A stretch of 17,583 bases of DNA from a virus (taxonomy: Duplodnaviria; Heunggongvirae; Uroviricota; Caudoviricetes). Positions within the stretch are counted from its first letter, which is position 1; each line of letters opens with the position of its first letter. A model generated the notes under the pieces. The model was not told where the DNA came from, searched no databases, and saw only the letters and a program-made list of their open reading frames with translations. Positions 1 through 7,744 of this stretch are shown here, one piece after another. Made by a program: the position numbers and the translations under genes. The stretch lies in IMG/VR virus record IMGVR_UViG_2585427735_000005; one strand, given 5' to 3'.

Positions 1-58
1 CACGCGCGTAACGTGACAGGGATTAAGGGTAAACTAATTGATTTTGCAAGTTTTTATT

Positions 59-1345
59 TTACCCAGCTTTCTTATGGGGCATACATGGGACACTTTCAGA
101 TAGTCTTTTGTTAAGGAGTTCTATCTGTTCGTGATTGTTGTCTTTCATCCATGCTCCGTAAACATTGAATACCATTTGTGCGTTTGTGTGGCCCATCTGG
201 CTTGCGATAAAACTAGGATTAGCTCCAGCGGCAAGTGACCAGCATGCATAAGTATGCCTGGATTGGTACGATTTTCTGTGTCTCAGACCTGCGCGTTTTA
301 AGATACTTGTCCATGACTCCCTGATGGAGTCAACCTTATAGTGCGGTCCGGAAAACTGCCGCTGTTTTATTACCTGAGGACTAAAAACAAAAGTGCATTT
401 ATGCACAGTACTTCTCCCATATTCCCTCTGCTTTACCTCTACAGAATGTTGCTTTCCAAGCATGGTCATTTCCGCCTGACTTTTAAGAGCATCAATAGCT
501 GGTTGAACCAGATGAATTGTCCTTCCGGTGCCAGCATCGGTTTTTGGTGGAGTGAATTCGCCAAGTTTTGTATAATTCCTACGGATGGTTATAGTCCTTG
601 CTTTAAGATCTATATCTTCCCATGCCAGCGATACCAGCTCCCCGTGACGAATACCCGTGTATACAGCGAGAATCCACAGGTTTTTTGTTTGTTGATGACG
701 GCAAGCCTCAATAAAACGAATAAATTCGTCACGGGTGAGAGGATCTGGTTTTACCTTGGACTTTTTTAAGGGTGCCAGACCGTTAAATGGGTTTCCTGAG
801 GTATAACCATTATCTGTTGCAAATTGAAACATTCCAGCTATGGTTGTCATATAGTAGTTTACTGTGACCACTGAGCGCCCTTTTATGGAAGAAATCTTTC
901 CATTAGAAAGCTTTTGGTAACCGGTCAACAAATCTCTCCTTGCGAAAAGTAAATCCTCTTTTGTTATGGATGAAACCAGTTTTTTCTCACCCAACATAGG
1001 CAACATGTTTTTAATTACTGACTGGTAACGATTAAGTGCATTCGCACAAATCTCAATTTTCTTAAGGTCCAACCATTTTTCCGAAAGTGCCTTAACGGTT
1101 ATCTCTCTTTTTCCCAGACCAAAGTGTTTCAGGTTAGGGGAATTAGGGAACTGCGCGGCGTAGTCGAAACTCCCCATTCTGATTGCAAAACAAACGGAAG
1201 TGCGAAGTTCACCAGCGATCTTCCGGTTTTTGGCTGTGTCAGGAACACCGAGGTTTTCTCTGACACGTTTGCCATTATAGTGAAACCATATACGGAGTGA
1301 TCCTCCATGGTTTTCAACGCCTGTCGGGTATGATGCGTTACTCAT
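59..1345 (-). CDS. int: Phage tyrosine integrase (site-specific recombinase)
   Basis: 428-aa ORF. The C-terminal region (...LRHRKSYQSRHTYACWSLAAG...HTNAQMVFNVYGAWM) has the R/H-x-x-R-H...Y arrangement typical of tyrosine recombinase catalytic domains. It sits at the element edge directly downstream of an excisionase-like gene on the same strand. Confidence 0.85.
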   Translation of the reverse strand: MSNASYPTGVENHGGSLRIWFHYNGKRVRENLGVPDTAKNRKIAGELRTSVCFAIRMGSFDYAAQFPNSPNLKHFGLGKREITVKALSEKWLDLKKIEICANALNRYQSVIKNMLPMLGEKKLVSSITKEDLLFARRDLLTGYQKLSNGKISSIKGRSVVTVNYYMTTIAGMFQFATDNGYTSGNPFNGLAPLKKSKVKPDPLTRDEFIRFIEACRHQQTKNLWILAVYTGIRHGELVSLAWEDIDLKARTITIRRNYTKLGEFTPPKTDAGTGRTIHLVQPAIDALKSQAEMTMLGKQHSVEVKQREYGRSTVHKCTFVFSPQVIKQRQFSGPHYKVDSIRESWTSILKRAGLRHRKSYQSRHTYACWSLAAGANPSFIASQMGHTNAQMVFNVYGAWMKDNNHEQIELLNKRLSESVPCMPHKKAG

Positions 1346-1378
1346 TAAACCTCCCAGACGTCCAGGAGCATTAACAGG

Positions 1379-1633
1379 TTAACCGGAACTTGCATTTTTG
1401 GCACCTGGTTGTTTCTGGTTTTCGATCCATCGCATAATTTCTTCGATGTTGTACAGGCATTCACTGTAGTGCCCCGGATCACCTTCTACAGCGTAATGGC
1501 GGTATTCTTTTCCCTGCATCCATGACTTTCTTCTTGCCCGCTCAATGGTGCCAGGCTTTAGCCCTGTTGATGCAATGAGGACTCTCTCCGTACACCATTT
1601 GCTGGGGGTTATCTGATAGATGATTGTCTGCAT
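1379..1633 (-). CDS. xis: Excisionase-like small DNA-binding protein
   Basis: 84-aa basic protein immediately upstream of int, co-oriented. The N-terminal segment (ITPSKWCTERVLIASTGLKPGTIERARRKSWMQGKEY) resembles lambdoid prophage excisionases as I recall them. Not verified by search. Confidence 0.55.
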   Translation of the reverse strand: MQTIIYQITPSKWCTERVLIASTGLKPGTIERARRKSWMQGKEYRHYAVEGDPGHYSECLYNIEEIMRWIENQKQPGAKNASSG

Positions 1634-1651
1634 GCCAACCTCATAAAATTT

Positions 1652-1786
1652 TCATCCACGGCAGTGGCACCACACTTCAAACATTCGCTTCACAACTTCA
1701 CGACAGTAGAAGCCGTCAACATCTCGCGTCAGGTCATAGCGATTGCCGTAACGCTGGTGGACCCATCGTTCAAATGCTTTATTCAT
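1652..1786 (-). CDS. Small hypothetical protein (44 aa, Cys/His-containing), below the ORF-track size cutoff
   Basis: ATG at 1786 preceded on the minus strand by AAAGGAAG with about 7-nt spacing. It reads MNKAFERWVHQRYGNRYDLTRDVDGFYCREVVKRMFEVWCHCRG and stops at 1652. It starts 4 nt after the stop of the upstream 92-aa ORF, filling an otherwise unexplained gap before xis. Confidence 0.3.
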   Translation of the reverse strand: MNKAFERWVHQRYGNRYDLTRDVDGFYCREVVKRMFEVWCHCRG

Positions 1787-1789
1787 TCT

Positions 1790-2068
1790 TTACTTCCTTT
1801 TTATGGCTCGTAATTTTTTCAGGTGCTTTTCCTGCTCAGTGTCCGCGAGAATTTTGCGGTACTCCTGGTGGTCAATATGTTCGAACAGGCAGTTTAACTC
1901 ACCAATGCGTACCCGCCCGGATCGTCCGTCCATCCGTCGAAAGAACACTGAGTGCTCAGTGATGCGAGTAATCACCACGGGGTATCCAGCTCTGTCCGTG
2001 TATATCTGACCGCGTTGAATCAAAGCGAACATGTGGTTATCCCCATCGACAAATCGAGAACACAACAA
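1790..2068 (-). CDS. Hypothetical early-left protein
   Basis: 92-aa ORF in the operon orientation. The annotated start at 2068 is TTG; an internal ATG at 2032 is preceded by GGGGA, so the true start is uncertain. No domain recognised. Confidence 0.45.
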   Translation of the reverse strand: MLCSRFVDGDNHMFALIQRGQIYTDRAGYPVVITRITEHSVFFRRMDGRSGRVRIGELNCLFEHIDHQEYRKILADTEQEKHLKKLRAIKRK

Positions 2069-2116
2069 ACGCTGCTGCGAATACCACCCCCAGAGTTACG
2101 ATTGCATCAGGCCAGC

Positions 2117-3061
2117 TCATTGATTCACCTCCTGCCTGTCGTCCGGCATTCGCTCACTACAGCTTATCCAACCATCCGGAGTTACCGGAACTTGTGGAAT
2201 GGCTGTCTGCTCTCGAACGTCATTAGGCGCTATAGGTTCTGCTGCCAACTGACTGGCATATTTGTTAATGGTAACGATAAGCTCTTGCTCAGCCTCATCC
2301 AGACAATCACCGATACCTCGCCTGTCACCGTCAAAATCATCGAAATCGGCACGAATCCTGGCAACCTTCAGGATTGCGGACAACACCTCACTAGGAATTG
2401 CCGGATAGTTGGTTGACGTTTCCGCGATTTCCCGAAAATTATTGGTTGACGAATTCTTGTTTTCCCGAAAGTTTCCGGACTGAAGCATGGCGGCGCGGCA
2501 GGCGTTCCATATTTCGGCAGCAATATCGCGCTCGCTATCGGTTAATTTGTACGTTGAAACATAGCCAGAGAGCATTTCTACGTTTTCCGGAGTTGCTTCT
2601 TCAGGCACTACCGGTGCTGGCTCACGTATTACAGGCTCGCCCATGCGTGATTCTCCCTGCGCCTCTTTCACCATGTGGTCATTGATTTGCTCCAGTCGCC
2701 GAACGTGCTCATCAGCTTCAAGCGCTCGCCGTTTCCAGATGGACAGGTCTTCACGAGCGCCCTGATATGCGTCACCGTATTCGCCGTTAAATACTGGCGC
2801 TGGCGGGGCGATGCGTCCAAGCAACTTATTTACCTCTTTCGCCATCGCGTCATATTTATCTAAATAGCGATTAGCTTCTAAGCAGACTCGGTGCATCTGA
2901 TCTGAGTTAACTCGTTTAACTGGATCTGCTTCCAATGATGCCAGTGCAATCCGTGCCAGTTCTTCCGCTTCTTCTGCTGGCAGTACAACGTTGCTACCCG
3001 GTCCGTATGTTTCGCGCCACTGCTTGATTGTCAGCAGTCGCCCTTTGGTAATAGTGATCAT
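2117..3061 (-). CDS. Hypothetical protein, 314 aa, acidic and Ala/Glu-rich
   Basis: Long ORF co-oriented with the early-left operon. Its start overlaps the stop of the upstream gene in an ATGA arrangement (3058-3061). The extreme C-terminus (PDGWISCSERMPDD) loosely resembles the start of a DUF551-type domain; weak recollection only. Confidence 0.55.
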   Translation of the reverse strand: MITITKGRLLTIKQWRETYGPGSNVVLPAEEAEELARIALASLEADPVKRVNSDQMHRVCLEANRYLDKYDAMAKEVNKLLGRIAPPAPVFNGEYGDAYQGAREDLSIWKRRALEADEHVRRLEQINDHMVKEAQGESRMGEPVIREPAPVVPEEATPENVEMLSGYVSTYKLTDSERDIAAEIWNACRAAMLQSGNFRENKNSSTNNFREIAETSTNYPAIPSEVLSAILKVARIRADFDDFDGDRRGIGDCLDEAEQELIVTINKYASQLAAEPIAPNDVREQTAIPQVPVTPDGWISCSERMPDDRQEVNQ

Positions 3062-3573
3062 GCCGCGTTTCCTTCTTTCTTATTAACAATCACACCGTCA
3101 TATATTTCATTAAGGTGCCCTCTCAACTCCATGCGCCTTAATGCAGATAACATGTAATCGCATTCAACCTGCTTATTCCCGGTAAATGGCTTATCGTCAG
3201 GATTACCCCAACAGCAATTACCCCTGGGCCATCCATGTACTTTCCGTACTCTTCCGTTAACAACGTGAAGTAATCCCCAGCCGGGAGGTAAATCCTCAAC
3301 TGAAATAATTTCCGGCTCACTAATAAAGAATCGCCAGTCGCCCATGCCAAGTGAGGGATTTTTACGGAAACGCTTTTTTCTATCTGCCAACAAGTCAGCA
3401 CGAGAACACTTCGCCTCTATCAGGCATGATGCTGAATTTCTGAATCCCATAGCATCTGGCTGTTCTCCGGTACTGGTTACAGCAACAAAGCGGTCATGAA
3501 AGCAAACCTTGAACCCGTTGCGCTTAAGGAACTTGTACGCAATCTGACAGAGTTCGTGGTGTGTTAACGCCAT
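3058..3573 (-). CDS. Putative PD-(D/E)xK-family nuclease-like protein
   Basis: 171-aa ORF with AAGGAG 6 nt upstream of the ATG at 3573. The segment ...GEQPDAMGF...SCLIEAKCSRAD has the D...(D/E)-x-K spacing of PD-(D/E)xK (restriction-endonuclease-like) active sites. Motif read by eye only. Confidence 0.45.
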   Translation of the reverse strand: MALTHHELCQIAYKFLKRNGFKVCFHDRFVAVTSTGEQPDAMGFRNSASCLIEAKCSRADLLADRKKRFRKNPSLGMGDWRFFISEPEIISVEDLPPGWGLLHVVNGRVRKVHGWPRGNCCWGNPDDKPFTGNKQVECDYMLSALRRMELRGHLNEIYDGVIVNKKEGNAA

Positions 3574-4111
3574 ATAACTCTCCTTTGATGCGAATGTCAG
3601 CGACGCGTAATGCGTGTTCTAGGTCAATCAGGTAAAGCCAACTGCCATTTTCTTTAGGTATCATGACTTGTCGCTCATCTGCATTTATCGGGTGTCCATA
3701 TCGAAGGTCGTAGCGAGTCGGTAATTGAACTTCCCGCGCTTCCAGTTCAGCAATACGCTTGCACTCATCAGAGATAACTCCCTCGTAATACTCGCGCTGC
3801 TCGTTGAGTTTTGATTTTGCTGCTTCAAGCTCAACGCGCAGCTTCCCAACCGTAAGCGCAATATCCTCGTTCTCCTGGTCGCGGCGTTTGATGTATTGCT
3901 GGTTTCTTTCCCGTTCATCCAGTAGTGCCAGCACGGTTTCTGGTCCGGTCAGAAATTTGAAGGCATTGAGCGCATCAATATCCACACCGTAATCTTTAAG
4001 TTCCTGTTCACTTAACAAATCATCATCAACTGGCAACATTAACAGGCGTTCCATTGCTGGAATTGCACGTTCCGCCACCTCACGCAGTGCCTGGTAATTA
4101 ATTTCGCTCAC
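3524..4111 (-). CDS. Ea22/Ead-like early protein, paralog 1
   Basis: 195 aa with a GTG start at 4111 preceded by GGAGG at 6-nt spacing. The N-terminus MSEINYQALREVAERA matches the conserved N-terminal signature of Ead/Ea22-like lambdoid proteins as I recall it; the centre is coiled-coil-like. The ORF runs 50 nt into the next gene. Confidence 0.55.
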   Translation of the reverse strand: MSEINYQALREVAERAIPAMERLLMLPVDDDLLSEQELKDYGVDIDALNAFKFLTGPETVLALLDERERNQQYIKRRDQENEDIALTVGKLRVELEAAKSKLNEQREYYEGVISDECKRIAELEAREVQLPTRYDLRYGHPINADERQVMIPKENGSWLYLIDLEHALRVADIRIKGELYGVNTPRTLSDCVQVP

Positions 4112-4788
4112 TGATTGCCTCCTTTGCGAAGCTGGGCAGCAAAGTCAACTAACCACTCAGTCATTTCAACCTTCCCTACCAGGTCTGAACCAGGGTGCAT
4201 ACAGCAATCACTCTGCGCCGCTTTGAAATCCTTACACTCATATTCTTGGGCCACCAGATTTTTTGCAGCTTCTATAGCAGCATCCACCCCCTGCGCCCGG
4301 ACTTCAGCCAGGAAAGCATCAGTGGTTGGCGTTTCAGGTATCTGTCTCCTCATCCGTTCTATTGCATGATTGAACCCGAAGTCTTCCGCGAGAGATACGT
4401 CATCCATATTGTCATTGTCATCCTCAATATCCCGTGATTTTGGAATTGCAGACTTTATTCCCGCATTCTCAGCAGCCAGCGCCGCGCACTTGGCCTCAAG
4501 AGCGGCAACCACTTCCTGATGGTCTTTGTACTTAACGTATGAGCCGGAGATGTCATCACCTTCGGTGTTTAGCCATGCGTCATTGCAATTCACTGCGTAG
4601 GTTCTGATGCTGATGCTCTCCCGCCCCTGACAGACGCCAGGCCAGTCAATAAAGTATCCGCAATGCCTACCCTCAGACGTGCGCGCAGGATAAATGCCGT
4701 TATGACCCGGCAAAATATATGCTACCCATTCATCTTGCGTTGCCTGTTCCGCCGCCTCGCGCAGTTCTTGATAGTCAATCTTGCTCAC
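4108..4788 (-). CDS. Ea22/Ead-like early protein, paralog 2
   Basis: The ORF track gives 4108..4821. I prefer the GTG at 4788 because it sits in the same GGAGG-N6-GTG context as paralog 1 and overlaps the upstream stop in a GTGA arrangement, giving N-terminus (M)SKIDYQELREAAEQA. The C-terminus ends ...QLRKGGNQ, like the upstream gene. Confidence 0.5.
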   Translation of the reverse strand: MSKIDYQELREAAEQATQDEWVAYILPGHNGIYPARTSEGRHCGYFIDWPGVCQGRESISIRTYAVNCNDAWLNTEGDDISGSYVKYKDHQEVVAALEAKCAALAAENAGIKSAIPKSRDIEDDNDNMDDVSLAEDFGFNHAIERMRRQIPETPTTDAFLAEVRAQGVDAAIEAAKNLVAQEYECKDFKAAQSDCCMHPGSDLVGKVEMTEWLVDFAAQLRKGGNQ

Positions 4789-5129
4789 TGGTTGCCTCCT
4801 TTGCGAATCTGTTCCGCCCATTCTTCTAGGGATTTCTCCGCATATTCACCGGACAGGCCATCAATCGGGTGTGGTTCATTAGCCAACTCTTCTTTCGCTG
4901 ACAGAATCATGCGTGTAACGTCGAAAACTTCACGTAAAGACTTATTGATAAATCCGTGATTGAAAGCCGCAGCAAGACGGCTTGCGGTATAGTTAATACC
5001 CTCGTTGCGAGCCTCAGCACGTACTTCATCGAATTTACGCACCAGATACTCAGCATTTGTTTCATTCACTTTCAGATCTCGTGGTACACATTTCCCGCGA
5101 AGAAACCCTTCCATTTCGAAAACATTCAT
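4785..5129 (-). CDS. Hypothetical protein, last gene of the yfdPQRS-like module (YfdS-like)
   Basis: About 114 aa. The ATG at 5129 overlaps the upstream stop (ATGA); the ORF track uses the ATG at 5135. The C-terminus ...EQIRKGGNQ is encoded by the recurring junction cassette. Size and position match YfdS of CPS-53; recollection only. Confidence 0.5.
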   Translation of the reverse strand: MNVFEMEGFLRGKCVPRDLKVNETNAEYLVRKFDEVRAEARNEGINYTASRLAAAFNHGFINKSLREVFDVTRMILSAKEELANEPHPIDGLSGEYAEKSLEEWAEQIRKGGNQ

Positions 5130-5662
5130 GCGCATTTGCGTAACTCCGATAACTCGTTAAAACGTTCCATAAACATCCCGTAGGCATGGCCTGGCGACAG
5201 TGGAATCACTTTGAACATCTCTGTTGCCGGGATACCTTCCAGTACAGGCCAGAAAGAGCTATCATCAAGCCCGAGATCGCGGCGTTCGGTTGCCAGCATG
5301 ATGAGATCGGCATATTTCACGGGCGTGCTCATAACCGGGGGTAACCCGTATTTCTCACGGATTACGGCGTCTATTTTTTCTTCCATCCGTTTATAGTCAG
5401 GAAGAAGGCGTTTCAGTGGAGCGGGAATATCCTGGCAATACGCTTCTGTTGCATCATGCATTAACGCTTCAAAAGCAAATTCCTGCGGCACCAGCTGGCT
5501 GCAAAGCACCGCATGTTGGGCGACACTGTAGAAGTGAGAAAGATGACCGGCAAAGCGGCAGATATTTGAAAGGGAAACCGCGATATCGTTAATCACGATG
5601 TCGTCTTTATTTATCCTGTCATAATAAAAATGCTTCCCGGAAAAAGTTTTAATAAATGACAT
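5126..5662 (-). CDS. HD-domain phosphohydrolase (YfdR-like 5'-deoxynucleotidase family)
   Basis: Contains the HD motif in ...EALMHDATEAY... with His-containing stretches upstream (FAGHLSHFYSVAQHAV). I prefer the ATG at 5662, preceded by GGAGAA, over the GTG at 5689 used by the ORF track; this gives 178 aa, the length I recall for YfdR. Confidence 0.6.
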   Translation of the reverse strand: MSFIKTFSGKHFYYDRINKDDIVINDIAVSLSNICRFAGHLSHFYSVAQHAVLCSQLVPQEFAFEALMHDATEAYCQDIPAPLKRLLPDYKRMEEKIDAVIREKYGLPPVMSTPVKYADLIMLATERRDLGLDDSSFWPVLEGIPATEMFKVIPLSPGHAYGMFMERFNELSELRKCA

Positions 5663-5789
5663 TTTGTTCTCCACGTATATGCGCTGCACCGCGCTGAGTT
5701 TGGGTAAAAGGAAGCCCTCACCATCCGGTGATTATTGAGTTAATTACGTTTCCATAAATGCCCCCGCAGGGGCATTTGCAGTAATGAAA

Positions 5790-6614
5790 TCAGGCGGTGA
5801 AAGTACCAATAAAGGTTTCTACTTTGCTGTCTTTGAATTTCTTAACAAGCAGATCACGAAATTCGTTAGCCATATCTTCCTGCACCGCTTCCAGCTGAAT
5901 AATGCGCATAACCAGTACAGGACGATCGCCAGTGATAATGCTGAGGCGTAATTTAAACGGACGTTCTTTCAGACCTTCAAACGGAACGCATTTAAATTCA
6001 AATGTCACTGGCATAATGTCTTTGGTCTTCGCTTCGACAGATTCCATCAGGGAGCGTTTGCCGCTGAAGTCATTATCTTCAAAATCAGCGGTCTGGTTTG
6101 CTTCAATCGTGATTTTACGGACTGCCGCAGCCGCTTTTGTTGCCTGAATAGCGTCACCATTAGCATCAAAGCCCACAAGGTAGTCGGCCCAGTCTTCAAT
6201 CCATTCTGCCAGTGACTTCTGGGAGTTACGCTCGCCGTTAACAGACAACAGGGCAGAGAACGGTGCTGTCTTTTTCAGTTTGAGAGTGGCGGTGTTATCT
6301 GCGTGACCTGGTTCATCAATAGTACCCAGGTTAAGTACACTGACGGCACGCATATTATCAGCATCGATAAAGCAGCGGGTGCCTTCATCTGCAAGATCTT
6401 TAGAATAACGGGTAAAGTCATCGATGCTGGCAGTGGAAAGCGCACCACGGAAACGGAAGCGATTTAAATTAAATTTTTCCAGATCATGAATGCGGAAATT
6501 CTCAGGCAATGCCACAGCATCGGCACCAATCTTACTGATAATTTCATTAACACCCTGAGCAGAAATAAGGGCATGGATTTGATTAATTGCGGTTGCGTCT
6601 AAGTTCTGAGACAT
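5790..6614 (-). CDS. DUF2303-like protein (YfdQ-like)
   Basis: 274-aa ORF sitting between the YfdP-like and YfdR-like genes, with the same length and position as YfdQ of CPS-53. Assignment is by synteny and length recollection, not by a recognised motif. Confidence 0.5.
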   Translation of the reverse strand: MSQNLDATAINQIHALISAQGVNEIISKIGADAVALPENFRIHDLEKFNLNRFRFRGALSTASIDDFTRYSKDLADEGTRCFIDADNMRAVSVLNLGTIDEPGHADNTATLKLKKTAPFSALLSVNGERNSQKSLAEWIEDWADYLVGFDANGDAIQATKAAAAVRKITIEANQTADFEDNDFSGKRSLMESVEAKTKDIMPVTFEFKCVPFEGLKERPFKLRLSIITGDRPVLVMRIIQLEAVQEDMANEFRDLLVKKFKDSKVETFIGTFTA

Positions 6615-6679
6615 AATAAGTCCTCACTATATAAAGATATTCAGTGATGAGATAAATAATCAGTTAATTAAGAACGATA

Positions 6680-7042
6680 TTAATGACCTGCTGCGCGTAG
6701 TTTTCCGTCAGGTTCACCGGCAAGAGTCAGTAATTGTCCCTGGTCTTCCTGCAGAATAGTCAGGCGACCACCGCGATTGACATACATCGGCGTTTCGGTG
6801 GTGTCTTCTTCGGAAATTTTCCCGCGGTTAGTCGGGCGAACATATGAGAGTTTGTGTTTGATTTTCACACGGTTCTCATCAAATGGTTCGATTTCCAGGT
6901 TGAGCGAGACCTTACCTTTGGTTTTCGTATTCATCACACCGGAAGCGACTTCACTGAGAACAGCGCCGATTTTGGTTTCAAATACGCCGCCGTCCAGCTC
7001 CCCGATAAATGCCTGCACATCAGTACTGCGTTCGCTAGCCAT
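6680..7042 (-). CDS. Hypothetical protein (YfdP-like), first gene of the module
   Basis: I prefer the ATG at 7042 (MASERSTDV...), preceded by GAGGAG at about 7-nt spacing, giving 120 aa. The ORF track's start at 7060 lacks a ribosome-binding site. Confidence 0.45.
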   Translation of the reverse strand: MASERSTDVQAFIGELDGGVFETKIGAVLSEVASGVMNTKTKGKVSLNLEIEPFDENRVKIKHKLSYVRPTNRGKISEEDTTETPMYVNRGGRLTILQEDQGQLLTLAGEPDGKLRAAGH

Positions 7043-7090
7043 TTTGCTGCTCCTCATCATATCGACCCTGCAAGATCGGTTGGTTTATCC

Positions 7091-7179
7091 ACAAAACAGA
7101 GAAGAACACCTGCGGTGGCAGCCGCCAGGATGGATTGGGTTATGAGCCCGTCGGCCGGTGATGCTCTTCTCTGTTTTGT
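7091..7179. repeat. Perfect 15-bp inverted repeat (ACAAAACAGAGAAGA at 7091-7105, TCTTCTCTGTTTTGT at 7165-7179) with a 59-bp GC-rich spacer
   Basis: Read directly from the sequence. It lies in the leader just upstream (in transcription) of the YfdP-like start; the spacer holds GC-rich imperfect palindromes (CTGCGGTGGCAGCCGCCAG). Confidence 0.6.
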
Positions 7180-7180
7180 A

Positions 7181-7226
7181 AAAAGAGCGGTACCAGCCGG
7201 AAGCAAGTGTACAAACTGGTACCGCT
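7181..7226 (-). terminator. Putative intrinsic terminator for leftward transcription (tL-like)
   Basis: Perfect 11-bp stem (AGCGGTACCAG 7186-7196, CTGGTACCGCT 7216-7226) with a 19-nt loop, followed on the minus strand by CUUUUU (plus-strand A-run 7181-7184). The loop is large, so function is uncertain. Confidence 0.4.
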
Positions 7227-7670
7227 AAAGCAGTGGCTGTTGTGGTGACCGGTGCTGATCTCCGGCTTGCGGTTATTTCAGACTCTCACGGGCGTTTAAT
7301 TGCCCCGCCGAACAGCTCTTTTCCGCAATAGCTGCAATGTCTTTCGCGCATCAGCCTGCGCATTCACCACAACGCTGAGAGCACTTAGCCAGTTACGGCA
7401 CCACACTTTGTCGCGGTTCCATAAATGCCCTCATCGTTGCACCCTAGTCTCTTCCCAGGTGTCAAATCGAACCGCCACGCTGGTTAGGCGTCTTATCAGC
7501 ATCATCATTGACTTGCACATTCCGGCTACCTGGTTTGTTTGCCCGAGCAAGGAGTGGATTGTCCCCTTTAACGTCCCCAGACCGCTAACGACGCATGTGC
7601 CATACGCCGTGTTACAACCAAATTTTGTTAGTACCTTGTTTGTATGTCTGGAAAGAAAGATAAAATGAAG

Positions 7671-7709
7671 TTGCGCATTATGCAAGTGTTTTTATTGCGA
7701 GATATGCAA
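7671..7709. promoter_or_regulatory. Putative OL operator pair and pL region
   Basis: Two 15-bp palindromic sites, TTGCGCATTATGCAA (7671-7685) and TTGCGAGATATGCAA (7695-7709), 9 bp apart, share the form TTGCG-N5-TGCAA with a site in the cI-cro intergenic region. pL hexamers could not be placed confidently. Confidence 0.45.
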
Positions 7710-7722
7710 TTTGGTGGGTAAT

Positions 7723-7744
7723 GAAAAGCCACCTTCTGGTGGCT
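7723..7744 (-). terminator. Putative terminator downstream of cI
   Basis: Hairpin AGCCACC-TTCT-GGTGGCT (7727-7744) lies 22 nt past the cI stop. On the minus strand it is followed by only about 4 U, so it is a modest terminator. Confidence 0.35.

Noticed and set aside
341-769. 142-aa plus-strand ORF inside the integrase gene
   Set aside because: Entirely antisense to a well-supported integrase; odd composition and no ribosome-binding site. Treated as a shadow ORF.
1624-2416. Plus-strand ORFs 1624..1962, 1803..2009 and 1952..2416
   Set aside because: They overlap minus-strand genes of the early-left operon, lack ribosome-binding sites and have low-complexity, Cys/Arg/Ser-rich sequences typical of antisense frames.
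4821-4821. ORF-track start of the second Ea22-like gene at the ATG at 4821
   Set aside because: It would overlap the upstream gene by 37 nt. The GTG at 4788 sits in the same GGAGG-N6-GTG context as its paralog and gives the conserved N-terminus.
6777-7228. Plus-strand ORFs 6777..7145 and 6854..7228
   Set aside because: They overlap the YfdP-like gene and the structured leader on the opposite strand, with no start signals; likely spurious.
7286-7685. Candidate N-like antiterminator among ORFs 7431..7685 (minus, 84 aa), 7300..7668 (plus, 122 aa) and a 25-codon minus ORF at 7286..7363
   Set aside because: None has a ribosome-binding site or an Arg-rich N-terminal motif. The sequences look like random frames, and the 84-aa ORF would start inside the operator-like palindromes.
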